Assembly: GCA_051362555.1 (NCBI GenBank)
Contig: CM120640.1
Location: 62,660,788 to 62,724,787, forward strand
Source: Lingula anatina
Taxonomy: Eukaryota; Animalia; Brachiopoda
DNA length: 64,000 nucleotides
Direction: 5' to 3'
The notes beneath the pieces were generated by a model. That model ran no database searches. It saw nothing but the letters and a program-made list of their open reading frames with translations, and had not been told where the DNA came from. How positions within the stretch are numbered: the stretch's first letter is position 1; every line of letters starts with the position of its first letter. A program made the position numbers and the translations under genes. Below are positions 13,904 to 33,823 of the stretch, piece by piece.

Positions 13904-14437
13904 TTTTTTTTACCATGCAACTCCAGGCCTTTTAGTTTTTAAGGAAAGAAAATGATTATTATGTAGCTCTTATCCCTCAGTCATATCCCTTTTTAATTCA
14001 GTCTTAAAACTTTTTTATTCATACAGCTTTTACAGTTTTTTAATACGAGGCTTTTACAAAGCAATCTATTCCCAATATAATTTTATATTTCATATATTTA
14101 TTGCCTTAATAACAATTTATCTTATCTTGTCTGAACCTTAAAATCCAAAATCAGACTTCCTGTTTTATTCACAAACACTTTCATATAAATTTGAGAGACA
14201 AGTAAACACGAGAACTATAGCTCTGTCATAATTTTACTACAGTGCAAAATGTGTTAAATACATGGTATCACCTCTTACTCAAAACTCAATAAAAAGTCTT
14301 TAAACATTTGAAAACAAATATATTTCAATTGCACACCTTTATAATTCATACTCAGACTGTAACATTAGGAATGTAAAAGAACTGCAAAAAAAAAAGGTAA
14401 TACTGTTACAGTGATTCATTGCACTGTTTCATGTGTA

Positions 14438-17400
14438 TTATTTATTAAGATGAAACTCATATTTCCTCTCCTCATAGTCAGGCTGCTCTAAATTCACTGG
14501 CTCCTTCAAGGTTCTTTCCAAGTATGTGCAGTTTCCCTGTCCATCAATCAAAATTATGGTATTTGTTCTAAAAATAAGTGAAAAATGATTAAATACATAT
14601 TATTCTATAAATAATTTTTTTTCAGCTTCCCGTATATTAAAACCCAGAGCCTGAATTATTAAACAATAATAATATTGAATAATAATAGTCTACAGTCCAA
14701 AATCCATTTTAAATATTCAGTACAATTCACGTAGGTAAAATGAACAAAATGGTTGAATAAAGTCAATAAATAAATAAATAAATAAATATACAACTAAAAT
14801 AGTATGATAGTAAAATACATAGTATGGTATGCTACAAAATGTTGTGTACCACTATACAATTTGGCATGTCACCTTAGGGATATACGTGACAAATGAATTG
14901 ATTCGTGATCTTCAAATAGATGAAACATTTTCTTCGAATTATTTGGTTCCTGAAAACATCAACACTAACCCATCACACCTCCTACAGCCTCTCTCCAATC
15001 AAAACCATTTAAAGGTATCCATTGGGAAACAACCTTGGTTGAATGTCTTTAATCTTAAAAACATACAAAAAATGTACCTTGTTCCATAATCCATGCTGGG
15101 GATTTTAACATATATGGCACTCCTCTGCTCTAGAACTTCTGTGCTATAATGTGCACCTTGTTTTTCTAGGATGGGGTCAGGAAAATTTCTAAAAAAGGAT
15201 AAATATGTCATTGTTTACATCACTCGTTTATAAATGAAGTAACAACCTATTTTATAGAAAACTTATCCTGTTGCTATAAAGAAGGAGTAATACATGCAAG
15301 ATTTTAAAGAATTAAAATTATATTTATAAGAGAAAAATAACTTTCAGCAGAAAAATATAAGAATTATTTTGGCAAGGTAGAATACAAAACGAGTTATACC
15401 TGAATGTAAGCCTGCTTTAGCATGTAATGCTTATTCACAACAATTCTGACCTAAACCAGGATAGAGGCTGGTGATGTCAGACTTAATCTTGTCTAAGTTA
15501 GTGCAAATGTGAACATAGCATATGCACGTGAAGGAGAAACATTGCAAAATGTACTTATAAGGGCAAACATCCCAGTTACAACTCTTTCACTCCATTGTGT
15601 GGGCTAATGTATTGGACCATGTTTAAATGTACCCCCGACTGTCTTTGCATGTAAAAATTGAATCTAACTTCAAGGCACATTCAGTGGCATATTAGATGAA
15701 GAATAAGCATAAGTGTCAATGAACAAAATAGAAGAAGCAAACTCGCTCACTATATTATATTTAGTATATACCTGGTTTCATCATTCAGAAGGGCCATCAA
15801 TTCTTTCATTAGTTGGTCTTTGCGTGACAGAGAATTATTCTCAGAAACTATGCTTTGGAATTTCTTTTTTCCAGCCTCTACTTTTTTCCATGGTTGATCA
15901 ATTGTTGAGTTACCAGCTGCATGAAAACCTGAAGTCAAAAAAGAGTAAAACATCTTTTATCAAATAAATCTAATACTCGGCCCAATGCCTAAGCTAAGAT
16001 TAGAATGGAATGCAACAAATGAGTATGCTATATTTTAACCATAAGTTGAGGATAACACTTGTTACTAAGTTTACTTGGGTTGTCTGGCAGGGGTGGGAAG
16101 GGCCAGATTCTAATAAAAATAAAAATGTCTATTTGTACCTACCTGGTCCAATTTCTTCTGGGTGACATCCTCTGACATTATCATAGAGCATCACCTTGCA
16201 GCATTTGCCATTGTCTCTAAGTTTCATAAAATGTATTACAGTGATTGCACATGAAATTACACACCTATATCATATTTAAAATAACATATTTGACACTATA
16301 TTCCTAAAATCTTGTGTAATATTTTTAAAATCATCTATGTCTTTTCATTTCTATCTTAATTATGTAAACCGTTTTTTTTTTCACTCAAATAATAATTGAC
16401 TTGAGCACTCACTCTAGAGCTGCATGTAGTGCAAATAGTAAGATGCTGATTTTAAACATTCAGATCATCACTGATTTGTAAAATTAGTACATGCCAGGGC
16501 TTACTGAGCAGTCAGATACATATGCCACTTTCATTTTAGTTCAGAATAAAAACTTAGAATGCTTGTGCATGTGTAAAAGCATGTTCTTTTTTGTATTTAA
16601 CTGGTAAGTCAACTGATCCATATATAAATCATAGTTACAATAGGTCAAATATTTCTATTGATAGATTACCTCTTTTCCAATAAAATTATATTAAACTGAT
16701 TATATGCAACCATCTTTGTGTCTTTTTGAACCATGGCAAGGTGCTCCTGACTGGACACATTTCCTTTTATGAAGTCTCTTACAATATAACCTGAAATATT
16801 CAGTAAATTTCAATAATCAAATCAAATCAAAAGTGTGTTATCATTCATAAGGTAAACACATATAAAGATAAGAGTATGCCATGCAGCTGTGATGTCTAAC
16901 AAAATCAAATTCACCGATACCAGCATTTCAGCAGGTAGGATAAAACCTTTTTAACTATGCTGCCAAACTAAAAAACAACCACATTAAAATACATTAAGAA
17001 CTTTTAGGGAAAGCCAAATTTTAAATTTCTTTTTAACATTAATAAACATCAGGTTAAATGGATTTTTCACGTGAAGAGTAAGCTGCAAACTGACCTAAAA
17101 TTGTGTCACATATACTGAAATTACTTATTTAAAGTCATAATAACTCTTCATTTTGGCCAAAAATTGGATTTTCCTGGAGTAAACGGCAATTTTCCCGTAC
17201 TTACCAATGGTCAGCGACCCCATTCCTGCATTCAAAGTTAATCCAGGGTTTTTTTCCTAAACGTACGGTTTTTTGTTAAAATCTCTTAAGAGATTTTAAC
17301 TGACGGAGCTCTCTCTGACATCGCATAGTCACTGTTGACCTACTTAAAACCGCGGGAAAAGCAGACAACAACAACACTATATAAGATTCATGAGATATAT

Positions 17401-19762
17401 TCGTCTTTTTGTTAAAAATACATAATATCCACAATGTGTGCCGTTCTGGGCTTTTTGTTATCCGACGCACTGTACAAAAACTCGCAACTTACGTCTGCGT
17501 CCGCATTAATGCGTTTGGCGCCATATGTTATTTTGGTCTCGAATGAACGCGAGAATCCGCGTGACACCATTACGTCATTAGCAACGAATGCCTTGATGAA
17601 AGCTTCGAAAGCCCTATTGACAAGCACAGATTTTAGTTTTACTACAATAACGGCCGTTTTAGTGGTAAAATACAATAGAATATATTTCCATGCGTTGTTT
17701 ACAATGTATTTCATGCGGAATTTTGAATCTCAAAGGAAGAGTTATTATTGCTTTAATTAGTCAATGCTGTAATTTTAAGTCAACACCTCATGCATTCTTT
17801 GTTACAATATCTTACCTAAGTGACACTTGAAATGGGCAATTTATGACATTTCTGTCATTAAATTTCCATCACTCATGTCTTATTCATCACCACACTGGAT
17901 CTAAATATAACCATCATTTCTTTTTCATTTATATGAAAGACATTACTTTTAAAACAGACAAATATAAAACCCGTTTTGTAGGGTTATATGCAAGCACTAT
18001 ATTACATTAGAGAAGTCATCCAAGCTCTTAGCCACAAAAATAAGTATAGCACAGTAGACTTCCATCTCTGTGCCTACCTATATGTGTATACATTTCACAG
18101 CCATCTTGAAAAAAATGTATTTTAATATACATGCACCATATGCATGCCCTATTTGTACATTAACTCCACCACACTAGGTAAAAAGAAATAAAAGCGTTTT
18201 ATCATGAAACAGACTGGTTTACAAATCTTCAATAATCATCCTACCCCTTCCTTTGGCTTGTGGATCAAGATCTTTTTGCAATATATTGAGTAAAATTCCT
18301 ATTTTCCCTGCTTTAGAGAGCCCTAGCCATGTTCCGCTACCTCTCCCAGGCATTAAGTCAATACCTGGAATTAAGCAAATTAAAATAAAAATAAAAATAC
18401 TGTGGAATAAAAAGTATTGTATAAAAAGTAATTGTAACTAATCTTGTGTGTGCGTGTGCCCACATGCATGCATGGATACATATGTTCAGAGAGAGGGTGG
18501 AAGGGGAGGCATCATATCAATCATGTAAAACATTGTAATTTCCATCAACAGATATGTCAAGAGTTCACATTTATTGTCATATGCTTTATGTACTTGTTCT
18601 TTTTAAAATCAATCCAATTCATTTATATTACTTGATCTCAATTGAATCTTTACTGTTTCACCTTACATGAGGACTTGCATTGAATTAATACCTTTGTAAA
18701 CAACAATCAAAACAGAAAGCATACTCATGCCAAGCCAAGCAACTTCCGTCAACAGAATTGTCATGATGTTATTGTCATAGACCTTTTCATCTACATATAT
18801 TCCGCAGAATGACATGGAATCAAATGTACTTGTTCTATTTAAAATCAATGCAAATCATGTATGTTGCATGCTCTCATTCCTTTACTTGTATTGAATAAAA
18901 AGCTTTGTAAACAACACTCAAAACAGAAAGTGGTGGGGATTTTTTCATAATCGACATTTCTAGGTAGGCAAGGGCATTATATTACAAGAACCCTTTTATT
19001 GACAATAAAATGAAGTGAAAATCCTTGTTATTTTCTTTGATCTTTATAAATATGACAAGGATGTGTTTTTGGAAATCATCAAACTGCAATAAATGGGATT
19101 TTATTCCCTTTTTGTTTTTCATCTTTATGATCTTTTTTCTTGTGACACACAGCTAATGTAGATCTTTTCATTTGTCTTTTTTTTTAATTCATCAAACCAG
19201 TGTCATGTTTTAAGATTAGGAAAGAGATTCATTTGGTGGAATGAAGCAATCATTTACAATTGGTACTTCATGTCTGTAATTGAGGTGGGGAGGGAGGCTA
19301 GAATTGGTCTTAGAAACTATTTGGAATACAAATAAATCAAAAAATAATTTGAATGTGTAATGAAAACTCAAATCACAGAATTGGTCAATTATTGCTTGGT
19401 TTATTGAAGTAAAATCTTTCACTGAATCATCCTCTGCAATCATGTCATTAAATACACTTGCTTTGTCACAATGGCAAATCCAGAGTGCTTCTAACTTTCC
19501 TTCATATAAATATATCTTACAAACCCACATTAATGTACCCTCTTCAATGTTAAGATAAAATATATGTGACAATTCAAATCAACATGATCTGTGCTGAAAC
19601 TTGAGTGAAACATAACTTGCCTCCAATGCAATCTGGCGCATCATCCCAAAAGTCAGCCAATTTTGTTGGTCTGTTGAAGAACTCGTCTCTGTTGCTTGCA
19701 AGGATGATGTCATATCCTTGACCAGAAGATGATGGGTTGATATACAGGAACAAGATGCACAT
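14438..19762 (-). CDS. TANGO2: Transport and Golgi organization protein 2 homolog (NRDE family), 7 exons, ~284 aa
   Basis: Exons 19762-19621, 18364-18245, 16790-16670, 16216-16143, 15928-15772, 15188-15078, 14567-14438. Motifs: MCILF, ASNRDEFFNRPT, GIDL...GTWLG, GNSTIDQPWKK, YGTRTNTIILID. Intron 1 is GC-AG. Confidence 0.95.
17133..17752. mobile_element. Non-autonomous DNA transposon (Kolobok-like MITE), copy 2
   Basis: TTAA on both sides (17129-17132, 17753-17756). TIR AG..ATAATAACTCTTC / GAAGAGTTATTATTGCT. Shares ~150 bp with the 5875-6211 element, including a 26-bp perfect palindrome. Confidence 0.7.
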
Positions 19763-21128
19763 TGTATTGCTGTTGTAATGACCAGATAAGTTGTATTGGC
19801 TAGTTTGAATCTTTGATCAAGTGGTGATGATCTACAATGGACATTTTCTTTCCATCAGCCTAAAATATCCAGAAAATGAACAGTTTCCAGTGGAAGATCT
19901 GCTGGTTCCTTTAAAAAGCAACTAATAATAACACATAAATTCACAGGAATTCAAAAACAATGACATTCTGGAATTCCACACATTTCAGTAACTGATAAAT
20001 AAACTGATACTGTCCTTGTCTTCTTAATTTTATAAAAGATGTCCACACCATCCAACTGCATAAGATGAATAAGTTTCTAAATTTTTAAGCACCCATAATG
20101 CAAGTATCAAATCTACCCAAAGGAACATTAAACATATCCACCGGTATGCCCCATTTGTATTCAATTCATAAAATCCATCATGTATATAATAATTAAAACT
20201 GTTCTGCATCCCGAATTTGACTAGAATGTGTAATATGAAGCTGCATCCGCACAAGTCCAGCACGCAATGTGTACCCAACATAGATATACACAAAGGCCAA
20301 GCTGTAAGCAAAGAATCTGAGAATAATCAACAATCCATGTAGGAAAGAATCAGTGCGTCCAGTAGAGTATATTGGTGACGGAGTATTCATACTAGACCTA
20401 AACAGCTGATCTGAAAATAAAAATCTGCTGAAAGCAGGTAAAATAGTCGCTATCACCACAGTGGTGAAAAGCCAAAGATGTCCAGCACTGCAGGTTTTCC
20501 TTCCCATGATCTACAACTGTATCTGTAACTGTGCTTGCGATCAAAAAGTCATGTGAACATTTTAAACAATCTTTCACTTGATCAGCCTGCTTCTACAGTT
20601 AATCATGTTTCAAGCTGTACACGATTCATCTTATTTCAATTATATCAGTCTTCTCAATCTCTTGCAATGTACATGGTAGTAGGCTAGTAGCAATTCGCTG
20701 TAAAAGTGCATGTACTAGTACACTGTAAATGTTCAGTTTCAATACATTTGGTCAAAATATACTGCTTAGAATCGATCACTTGCCATCAGTAGCACAAAAG
20801 CACAAACGACAAAGAGAAAGAGGAACTAACTATGACGCTGCAAATGGTAAAGTAAGTATGCAGGTCCTGAATAATAAATACAGAGACAAACCTGCTTTCA
20901 CAACCCACTAAGGGGGGGGGGTAGTCTCGCTTTAGGTTGTTGCCAATAGTTTTATATGGTATTGAACAATATCTCAAACGAGGCTCATATTTAGAAACCT
21001 TTAAACCAACATGATAAAAATAGAAAAACCCGGCCTAGATTTTTTGCAAGGAGCAAGTGTATTGGATGCAATCCAACTTGGCCTACTTTGTCACAAATCT
21101 GCTTGTAGTGCTTGGAGTGCTTGTACAC

Positions 21129-27380
<6,252 letters not shown>

Positions 27381-28057
27381 ACACACCCCTGCTCTCAATA
27401 CGCCTCACTGCACTCCTTCCTATTGGACAGTTTATGCTTTCAGGATAAGCTGAAATAATTGACATAAATCCTAGTGGTTAGGGTTAAAACAGAGCATCAC
27501 TTTTGTATCAAGTTGGAATTCAACAGTATGACATCTTTGTAACTTACAGAAAAATTATGAACAACAAGTCTGATTTGATATTCAGGAAGATGGTCTGGGA
27601 TGTGTAGTGCAGTGAAAGTGAAAGAACATGAGGCATTATCAGACACATTATTCAATATTTTGTTTATCTGAATTTGGCACTACATGTATCTCAACAGAAA
27701 GTGTGGTTACAATTTCTAATTATCCCTACACCTGGGCATGTTTAAACTTACCTTAGTAATGGTGACAATTCCAGGGACAACAGAGGGATTACGTGTGTCC
27801 CTTTGATGAGCTAATCATAATCACATTGTCTGCTGAGACAGTCTGTATAAAAAGAGTCTGTATAAAAATCGGTCACAACTGCACTGTAAATGTTTCTTAA
27901 ATTTCAAATTCTGTTTCTTTTCACTCAAATGAAATGCTATGATGTTGCCTCATGATCTGGCAGGGGTGTGTTTAAAATGTATGTGTGTGTATTATCACAA
28001 GAGCTTACTGGTGAACATCTTGAGTTCTGAGCATACACAACTGTTGTTGTTATTTAA

Positions 28058-28122
28058 TTGCCATCAATGACGACATGTTTGTAACTTCAGAAATGAAACA
28101 AACTTGTCTGATGTTCTGGCAA
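28058..28122 (+). promoter_or_regulatory. SECIS element (type II) in the TXNRD2 3' UTR
   Basis: Helix I TTGCCA/TGGCAA; core ATGAC...TGAT; helix II GACATGTTTG/CAAACTTGTC; unpaired AA at 28083-28084; apical mini-helix TTCA-GAAA-TGAA. Confidence 0.9.
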
Positions 28123-31100
28123 ACGTGTATTGTATACATGTAGATAATTTATATATGCTGTTGCTGTACCAAGTTATTTAAAAATGTTAATGAAAATTGC
28201 CCGTAAGACGGTCAAAATATGTTATCAACACTGAAACGATTATCAAGTATGTGCACCAATGAAATATTTGTCAGCTTTTTAGAAATCTTTTTAATTTCAA
28301 TTAAGTGTGAAGATCTGTCAGTGACTCCATAGTTGTTTTGGGCACAGCTGTTTTTTATGCTTACATGTGTAGAAAAAGTGTTGGATTCAAGACATGAAAT
28401 ATTTTTATTGTTGATTGATTATGCCTAAGTACCTCTTGATATATTGAGGTCGATTCATTGATGGTTTTATTGATGATTTAAACCATTTTTTCCAAAAAAA
28501 AAAAGAGAAAAAAAAGAAAAATAATACTACCCACAACAATATAGAAATCTTTATGATAAAAAATCTTTTTTCCGCTAAAAACATTTTGTATTTAATATAT
28601 CGGAAAGATTAATGGAACTGGAAATAAAACCAAAACCAAGTTTTATTTTCATGGCAAATGGTTTATCTGTGTGATGTACCTCGTTTCGCGGTAGAATGGT
28701 AGGTGCGTGGCTGATTTAAGAAAACTGATGTCAACGTCGAGTTTCATCTTGGTCACTGTCTGGGCACGTGAATCGATTTCGTTAAATCTGTATTATAAAC
28801 ACTAGATGATGATGATGAATCATGCAGTATGTACCTGGGGGGGGGGTGCAAGTTGGGATTTCACCATGGCCAAAAATCCAATTACAAGTGCATGCTAGGA
28901 AAAGCATCAAACATAGATAAAGTGTATCGAGAAAAATGGGCATAAAAGTGTAGTTTATTATTACCTTTGGCCATTAGACTTCGGGTAATCACCTGCATGG
29001 ATGGAACAGATCAAAAGATGTGTCACTGGTCAGTCCATATAATAGAAAATCGTTACTGCTATGCAAACAGTTTGATTTGTATCGACGCATGGGGGATACT
29101 CAATATCTATTATTCCCAACGATGAGACAGCAATTAAGTCAATGTATTAGTGAAGAAAGTGATACGTTTGATAGCCTCTTTGGATATACCAAAAATAGCA
29201 GTGACCCTGGTCAGTAGGTAGAGCATGATAGATGGACATTGAAGGGTGGAGTGTTCTGAAAAGGCTTCTTTTATTAAAAGGAGATAGCTGTATCGACTGT
29301 GTCAAAATTGCACAACTTTTATGCATAACTATCTAACAGGGCTTTCATGTGTTTGAACAAAAAGTTACAGGATTTCCTCTACAGCTTGAGATCACTTTAA
29401 ATTTAGGTTGGTTCGGCTGTAATTTAAAGATTGGCCAAAACGTCATACTATCTTGGGTATATTACATTTTGAATAAATGGGAAATGTTTACAAAAACCTT
29501 TTTAAAGGAAAAACTATCAAGAATCGTTGTAGTGATGTATTTACCGCCATGAAACGGTGATGAACTTCCCTAAATCACCAGCATAACGTAAGAGTTATTT
29601 GACAAAACCGCCTGATTTGCATATCTTTTATGATGTAATTTAACCAGGTACTGCTATCACCAATAACTCTATCAAGGGTATTGTTATTACGAAACATTCT
29701 GTACAGATGTGTAGCTCTAGGGCACCCTCTAGTGCTTTGAAAAGTCTGATACCTTGCCCTCCAAAGGTGCGCGCACTGCTTTTTATTCATGTAGTTTACC
29801 ACAAATCCTTTATTCCGCCACAGAGAAATAATATAAATGGTACATACGTCAGATGGTAACGCGTGTAAGCCACAGTATGTCACTTCAAAGTAACTGGTCG
29901 TCTTATGGGTACAAAGAGATGTCTCTGCACCACAAGGTGGAAAAAAAGTTTGGCGAGATGAAAATGCCGTGTTCAGTTCATTATCAGAGTAAATCTCATT
30001 GTCGCATCCCTGCGGAGAGCGCACATGTTTAAGATGAACAACTAAACTGGCAATTTTTGTGAAACACAAACTAAGAAGTACTCTACATGACCCTTTCAGT
30101 AGCAGAGAGCGTATACTGGATTGATAAATGTCGTCGTCATTTCAAAAACGGAGCTCTAACTTCATACTGGTACAAACTGTTAGGATATATGTTCGACTGC
30201 ATGTTAGCGGGGGAGAAAAACCAGTAGAAGACGGCGGATAGTTCAAAAACACGCCTTTCCTTCTGGGCTCTCCTCTTCCAGTCTATTTCAAGGTTATATA
30301 ATATGCCGTAAGGTTTGTAATAAAACCAGTTGTTTTTTATCCTTATAATTTTATTGATACAATAATCTGGTAGGCTTCCAGAGCTTTTTATCCAGATTCT
30401 AGTGTGATTGAGTTGAGTGAAAGCGTTTGGATGTTTAAGTAGGCCTATGTATCATAACATGTCATATAGTAGGGCCTATACCCTCCCCCCACGTTCCTAG
30501 CTGCCACTGCACTAAAGGCGGGATTGATGAGCCTATATTTTAGAACGTTCTCACATTACAAATGATCTCTTTGGAATTGGCTGTATGTTGGAACATAAAT
30601 ATATCAGACGTGTAGAAACTATTTATAATTTACCATTTACCGTTTCGCATCGGGTTTGGCAACAAGACAAGCTGAAAGAAATTTTTTTTGTTAATCGTCT
30701 TACAATTATTCGATGGCGCTTGACAATAAACGATGGTAAATCGTTTTGTATTAGTTTCTAAATTCTAAATTCTAATTCAGTGACGCAGACATTTGCCTGT
30801 CAGTGTGGTCGTTTTCTCCCATATGGGCCTCCAATGTCACTCAAAGCTGCAGGCTCTTGCAGTTCTATGGAGGTCAAAAGTGGTGTGCATTTTTGGGATC
30901 TTTTTCAAGACGGAGTAGGCGTGTTTGGAATATTTTGACATTTATGAAACAAGGCTTCTGATGGACTCCCCTCCTTTATTAAGGTTGAGGACACGAAAAG
31001 CCGTTTTGATTTAGGGAATAGCTACCATTTCAATCTGCCTGGGGAAGCGATTTTCTTTTCTGTTTTCTAACACTAAATTGCATTCTATATGAAAAATTCG

Positions 31101-33789
31101 GTTGTCATTATACTGTTTTAACATGATGTCCCTTTTGACCAGCACGACGTGAACAATGCACATTGATAGCAGATTTCTCATTTACTCTACTGTTCAGTTA
31201 AAGGTTATATATCTGTGAGCCAAAATCAGGCTATGACGACTTTATATAAACCCGGGATTTTTTACTATTATATGACGTCATATCATTAATTTTTGGGTTG
31301 AAAGTGCTATGTTCAGTTCCCTATGTTCTCCTCTACCTGGGCTTGTATCAGAAAGATATCAACGAAAGGTAGTGCTTTTGCGTGAGTACTATAGGGCAGT
31401 GCGACTGCTTTCCCTACTCCATTTCGATATTTTAAATTATCCCTAACAACTTTATATTACAACGATTTTCAACGGATCTTTCAAAATAAAACCAATCAGC
31501 ATCGGTTTCAAAGATGTTAATAAAAATCTGTGGAACCGGATTGATCTTCGCGCCTTTGTCAATTGTCATACCAATTTTGGCGTTTTTAACTGCAGTGAGT
31601 ACAGAGGTATCCACTGAATCGATTGGTACGTATCTACACCCAACTAGGATTATTGAGTTATGGTCGCAAAATGTTTCCAGGCACTTCAACAGGTAAAATG
31701 GCACCTTAGTACAATGGTAGTCCTACCTGCTCTTTTTATGTTGTTCTGCATTGTCCCTTAGGATATGCCAGAAATGATGGATTGATACAGAACTAAGCAA
31801 ATGAAGAAAGAACTCAAATTAGGTCACATGATGACATATTTTAGGGTATATAACCTTTAATATGATATCGTTATTTTTTGCACATTGGTAATATGGCTAA
31901 CCAGGGTATAGGAGAACAGGATGATGGATGACATTCACGAGAACCGCTTTGCTTCTGCCAGTTAAAGTGTAATAGGTTAGGGTAGCCTCTTTTTTTTTCA
32001 TCTGCAAGGGTTCTCTGATGAAAATCTTAACATTTTTATCACTGTTGTGAAAGAGAAATATAAATAATAAGTTGGTTTTGAGAGTCAACGCTTTAAGTAT
32101 ATGTTCCCGATTAAAAGTCAAGGGCAGAGAAAGGTTAAGGCTAGCATATGCTCTCGGCTTGCGAAGAAATTTTGTCGAGTGTTAATGTCAAATCTCAGCA
32201 TCATAGCTTACTCCAACTCTGGCCATTGCAATCTGCTAGTTTTTGATCATTTGATTAGTTGTTTACTGGTGTAATTCTAGGGTTAATAACTTGCCAATTT
32301 GCAAATTCTGCACTTTCTTAAATAATAACCAGGGAAAGCCAGGCGGGAGTTAGAACGGTGTTTGTACAAAAGTTCGGTAATTCTCTCTGTAAGTTTATTT
32401 TTCACCAGTAAGGAACCATTACGTGACATGTTACTTACACCCTCGCAACTAAGTTTGCTACCTGCACACCATAACACCTGTTTTGCGATGAAAACGATGT
32501 TATGTGTGGTACGCTCATTTACTTATTTCTCAATGCGCCCCTCAGACTAACTGAAAATCAACAAAACTGAAATCTTAACCAGATTTGAGAGCCACTTATT
32601 ATCGCTCCTCTTCAAAGTATTGCTATACCGGAGTTTTTAATGCACTACCCTGTTTCCTTTTTCTTTTCTTCTTCTTATTTGAGCGTTTATTTTGTGATCG
32701 GACTTACTTTTTACGCAGCTGGCTTTGGTTGTCTTTTATGCTTTTTTATGTAGAACCATTCTTGTACAAACATTCATATAGTCCAGTTTAAAAAGAAGAA
32801 AAAAATTAATCAATAGGTTGAACTAGAAAACTAGTAGGAAGATGTGCACTTTATGAATAAAAGCAATCAACGTTCTTCACTATTCGAACGCATTTCCAGC
32901 GGGCAAGGTGCCCGAGGTCCTCATACGCTGAAACAGTTCGGTCTTCGTGGTATACTGAGTAAATACGAGTTGGAGCGACCTACGTGTTGAAATAGATACT
33001 GTCTGGCCGCAGCCAATTTGATGAGGTACTTTTGGTGACCAATACCATTTATCTGCACAAGTGTATTCCCATTGGTTTGCAGGTTGCCAAAGAGTTTTTG
33101 TGAATTGTGGTGCACATGACGCTTTTCTCCTATAGGTTAAAACTAAGAGGCTCACACATTCTTGTATTAGATTTCAGAAAAAAAATCCAATTACCGTTAC
33201 TTATTGTGGATAACGTAACGCACGCACTTACTTTAATACAAGTGGTACTTTTCTCTCTTCCTTCAACTTAAGGTGATTTGCTTAGTTTGAATCCATGCTC
33301 AGTGCATTTTTCTTTCTGAAACCCTTAGAAAATAAAGGTGAAGTAGCAAATCCTATTTTTGATTTAGATCACCTGTTTTCTTCAGAGGTTGAGATGCTGC
33401 TCTCTGTTTACGGATCTTGGATGCTTTTGTGGTTAACAAATATCCCACTTCAATCACAATTTCATTTGCAAAGAAGACAGCTGTTGGCTATAAATAGATG
33501 AAGGTAATAATGTAGCACTATGGCCGAACAGGGTTAAGTAGTGGAATTGATCTAGTGATAGACTCCGTGACCGTCGTCCGTATTGTGCAACAGTGCTGCA
33601 TGGATAGGTAAGTGTTTTCTGATGTTACTTTCTGAGTGTGCTTATTTAACAATAAGATTAAAGAACATTCATGCCTTTAGCAGCTAGGTCCTTGGATAAG
33701 CGGCAGACAACAAGGTTTTTTTTTTTCTTTGCCGCAGAGATTTTTTTAGTCGACAGAGCTAGTTGTTGTGATTATCAAATGTTAACTGC

Positions 33790-33823
33790 GTGTGTGTGTG
33801 TGTGTGAGTGTGTGTGTGTGTGT
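33790..33823. repeat. (GT)n microsatellite
   Basis: Directly visible. Confidence 0.85.

Noticed and set aside
17276-17760. ORFs of 64-108 aa on both strands
   Set aside because: They lie inside the TTAA-flanked MITE and show no recognisable domain.
20729-20911. Alternative TXNRD2 first exon (donor-like sites at 20847 and 20852)
   Set aside because: The peptide lacks targeting features and the stronger donor is out of phase with exon 2; cannot be supported without transcripts.
27800-27870. Possible second SECIS near GATGAG...CTGAG
   Set aside because: No convincing helix II or apical AA geometry; 28058-28122 fits far better. The nearby AGTCTGTATAAAA duplication is just a short tandem repeat.
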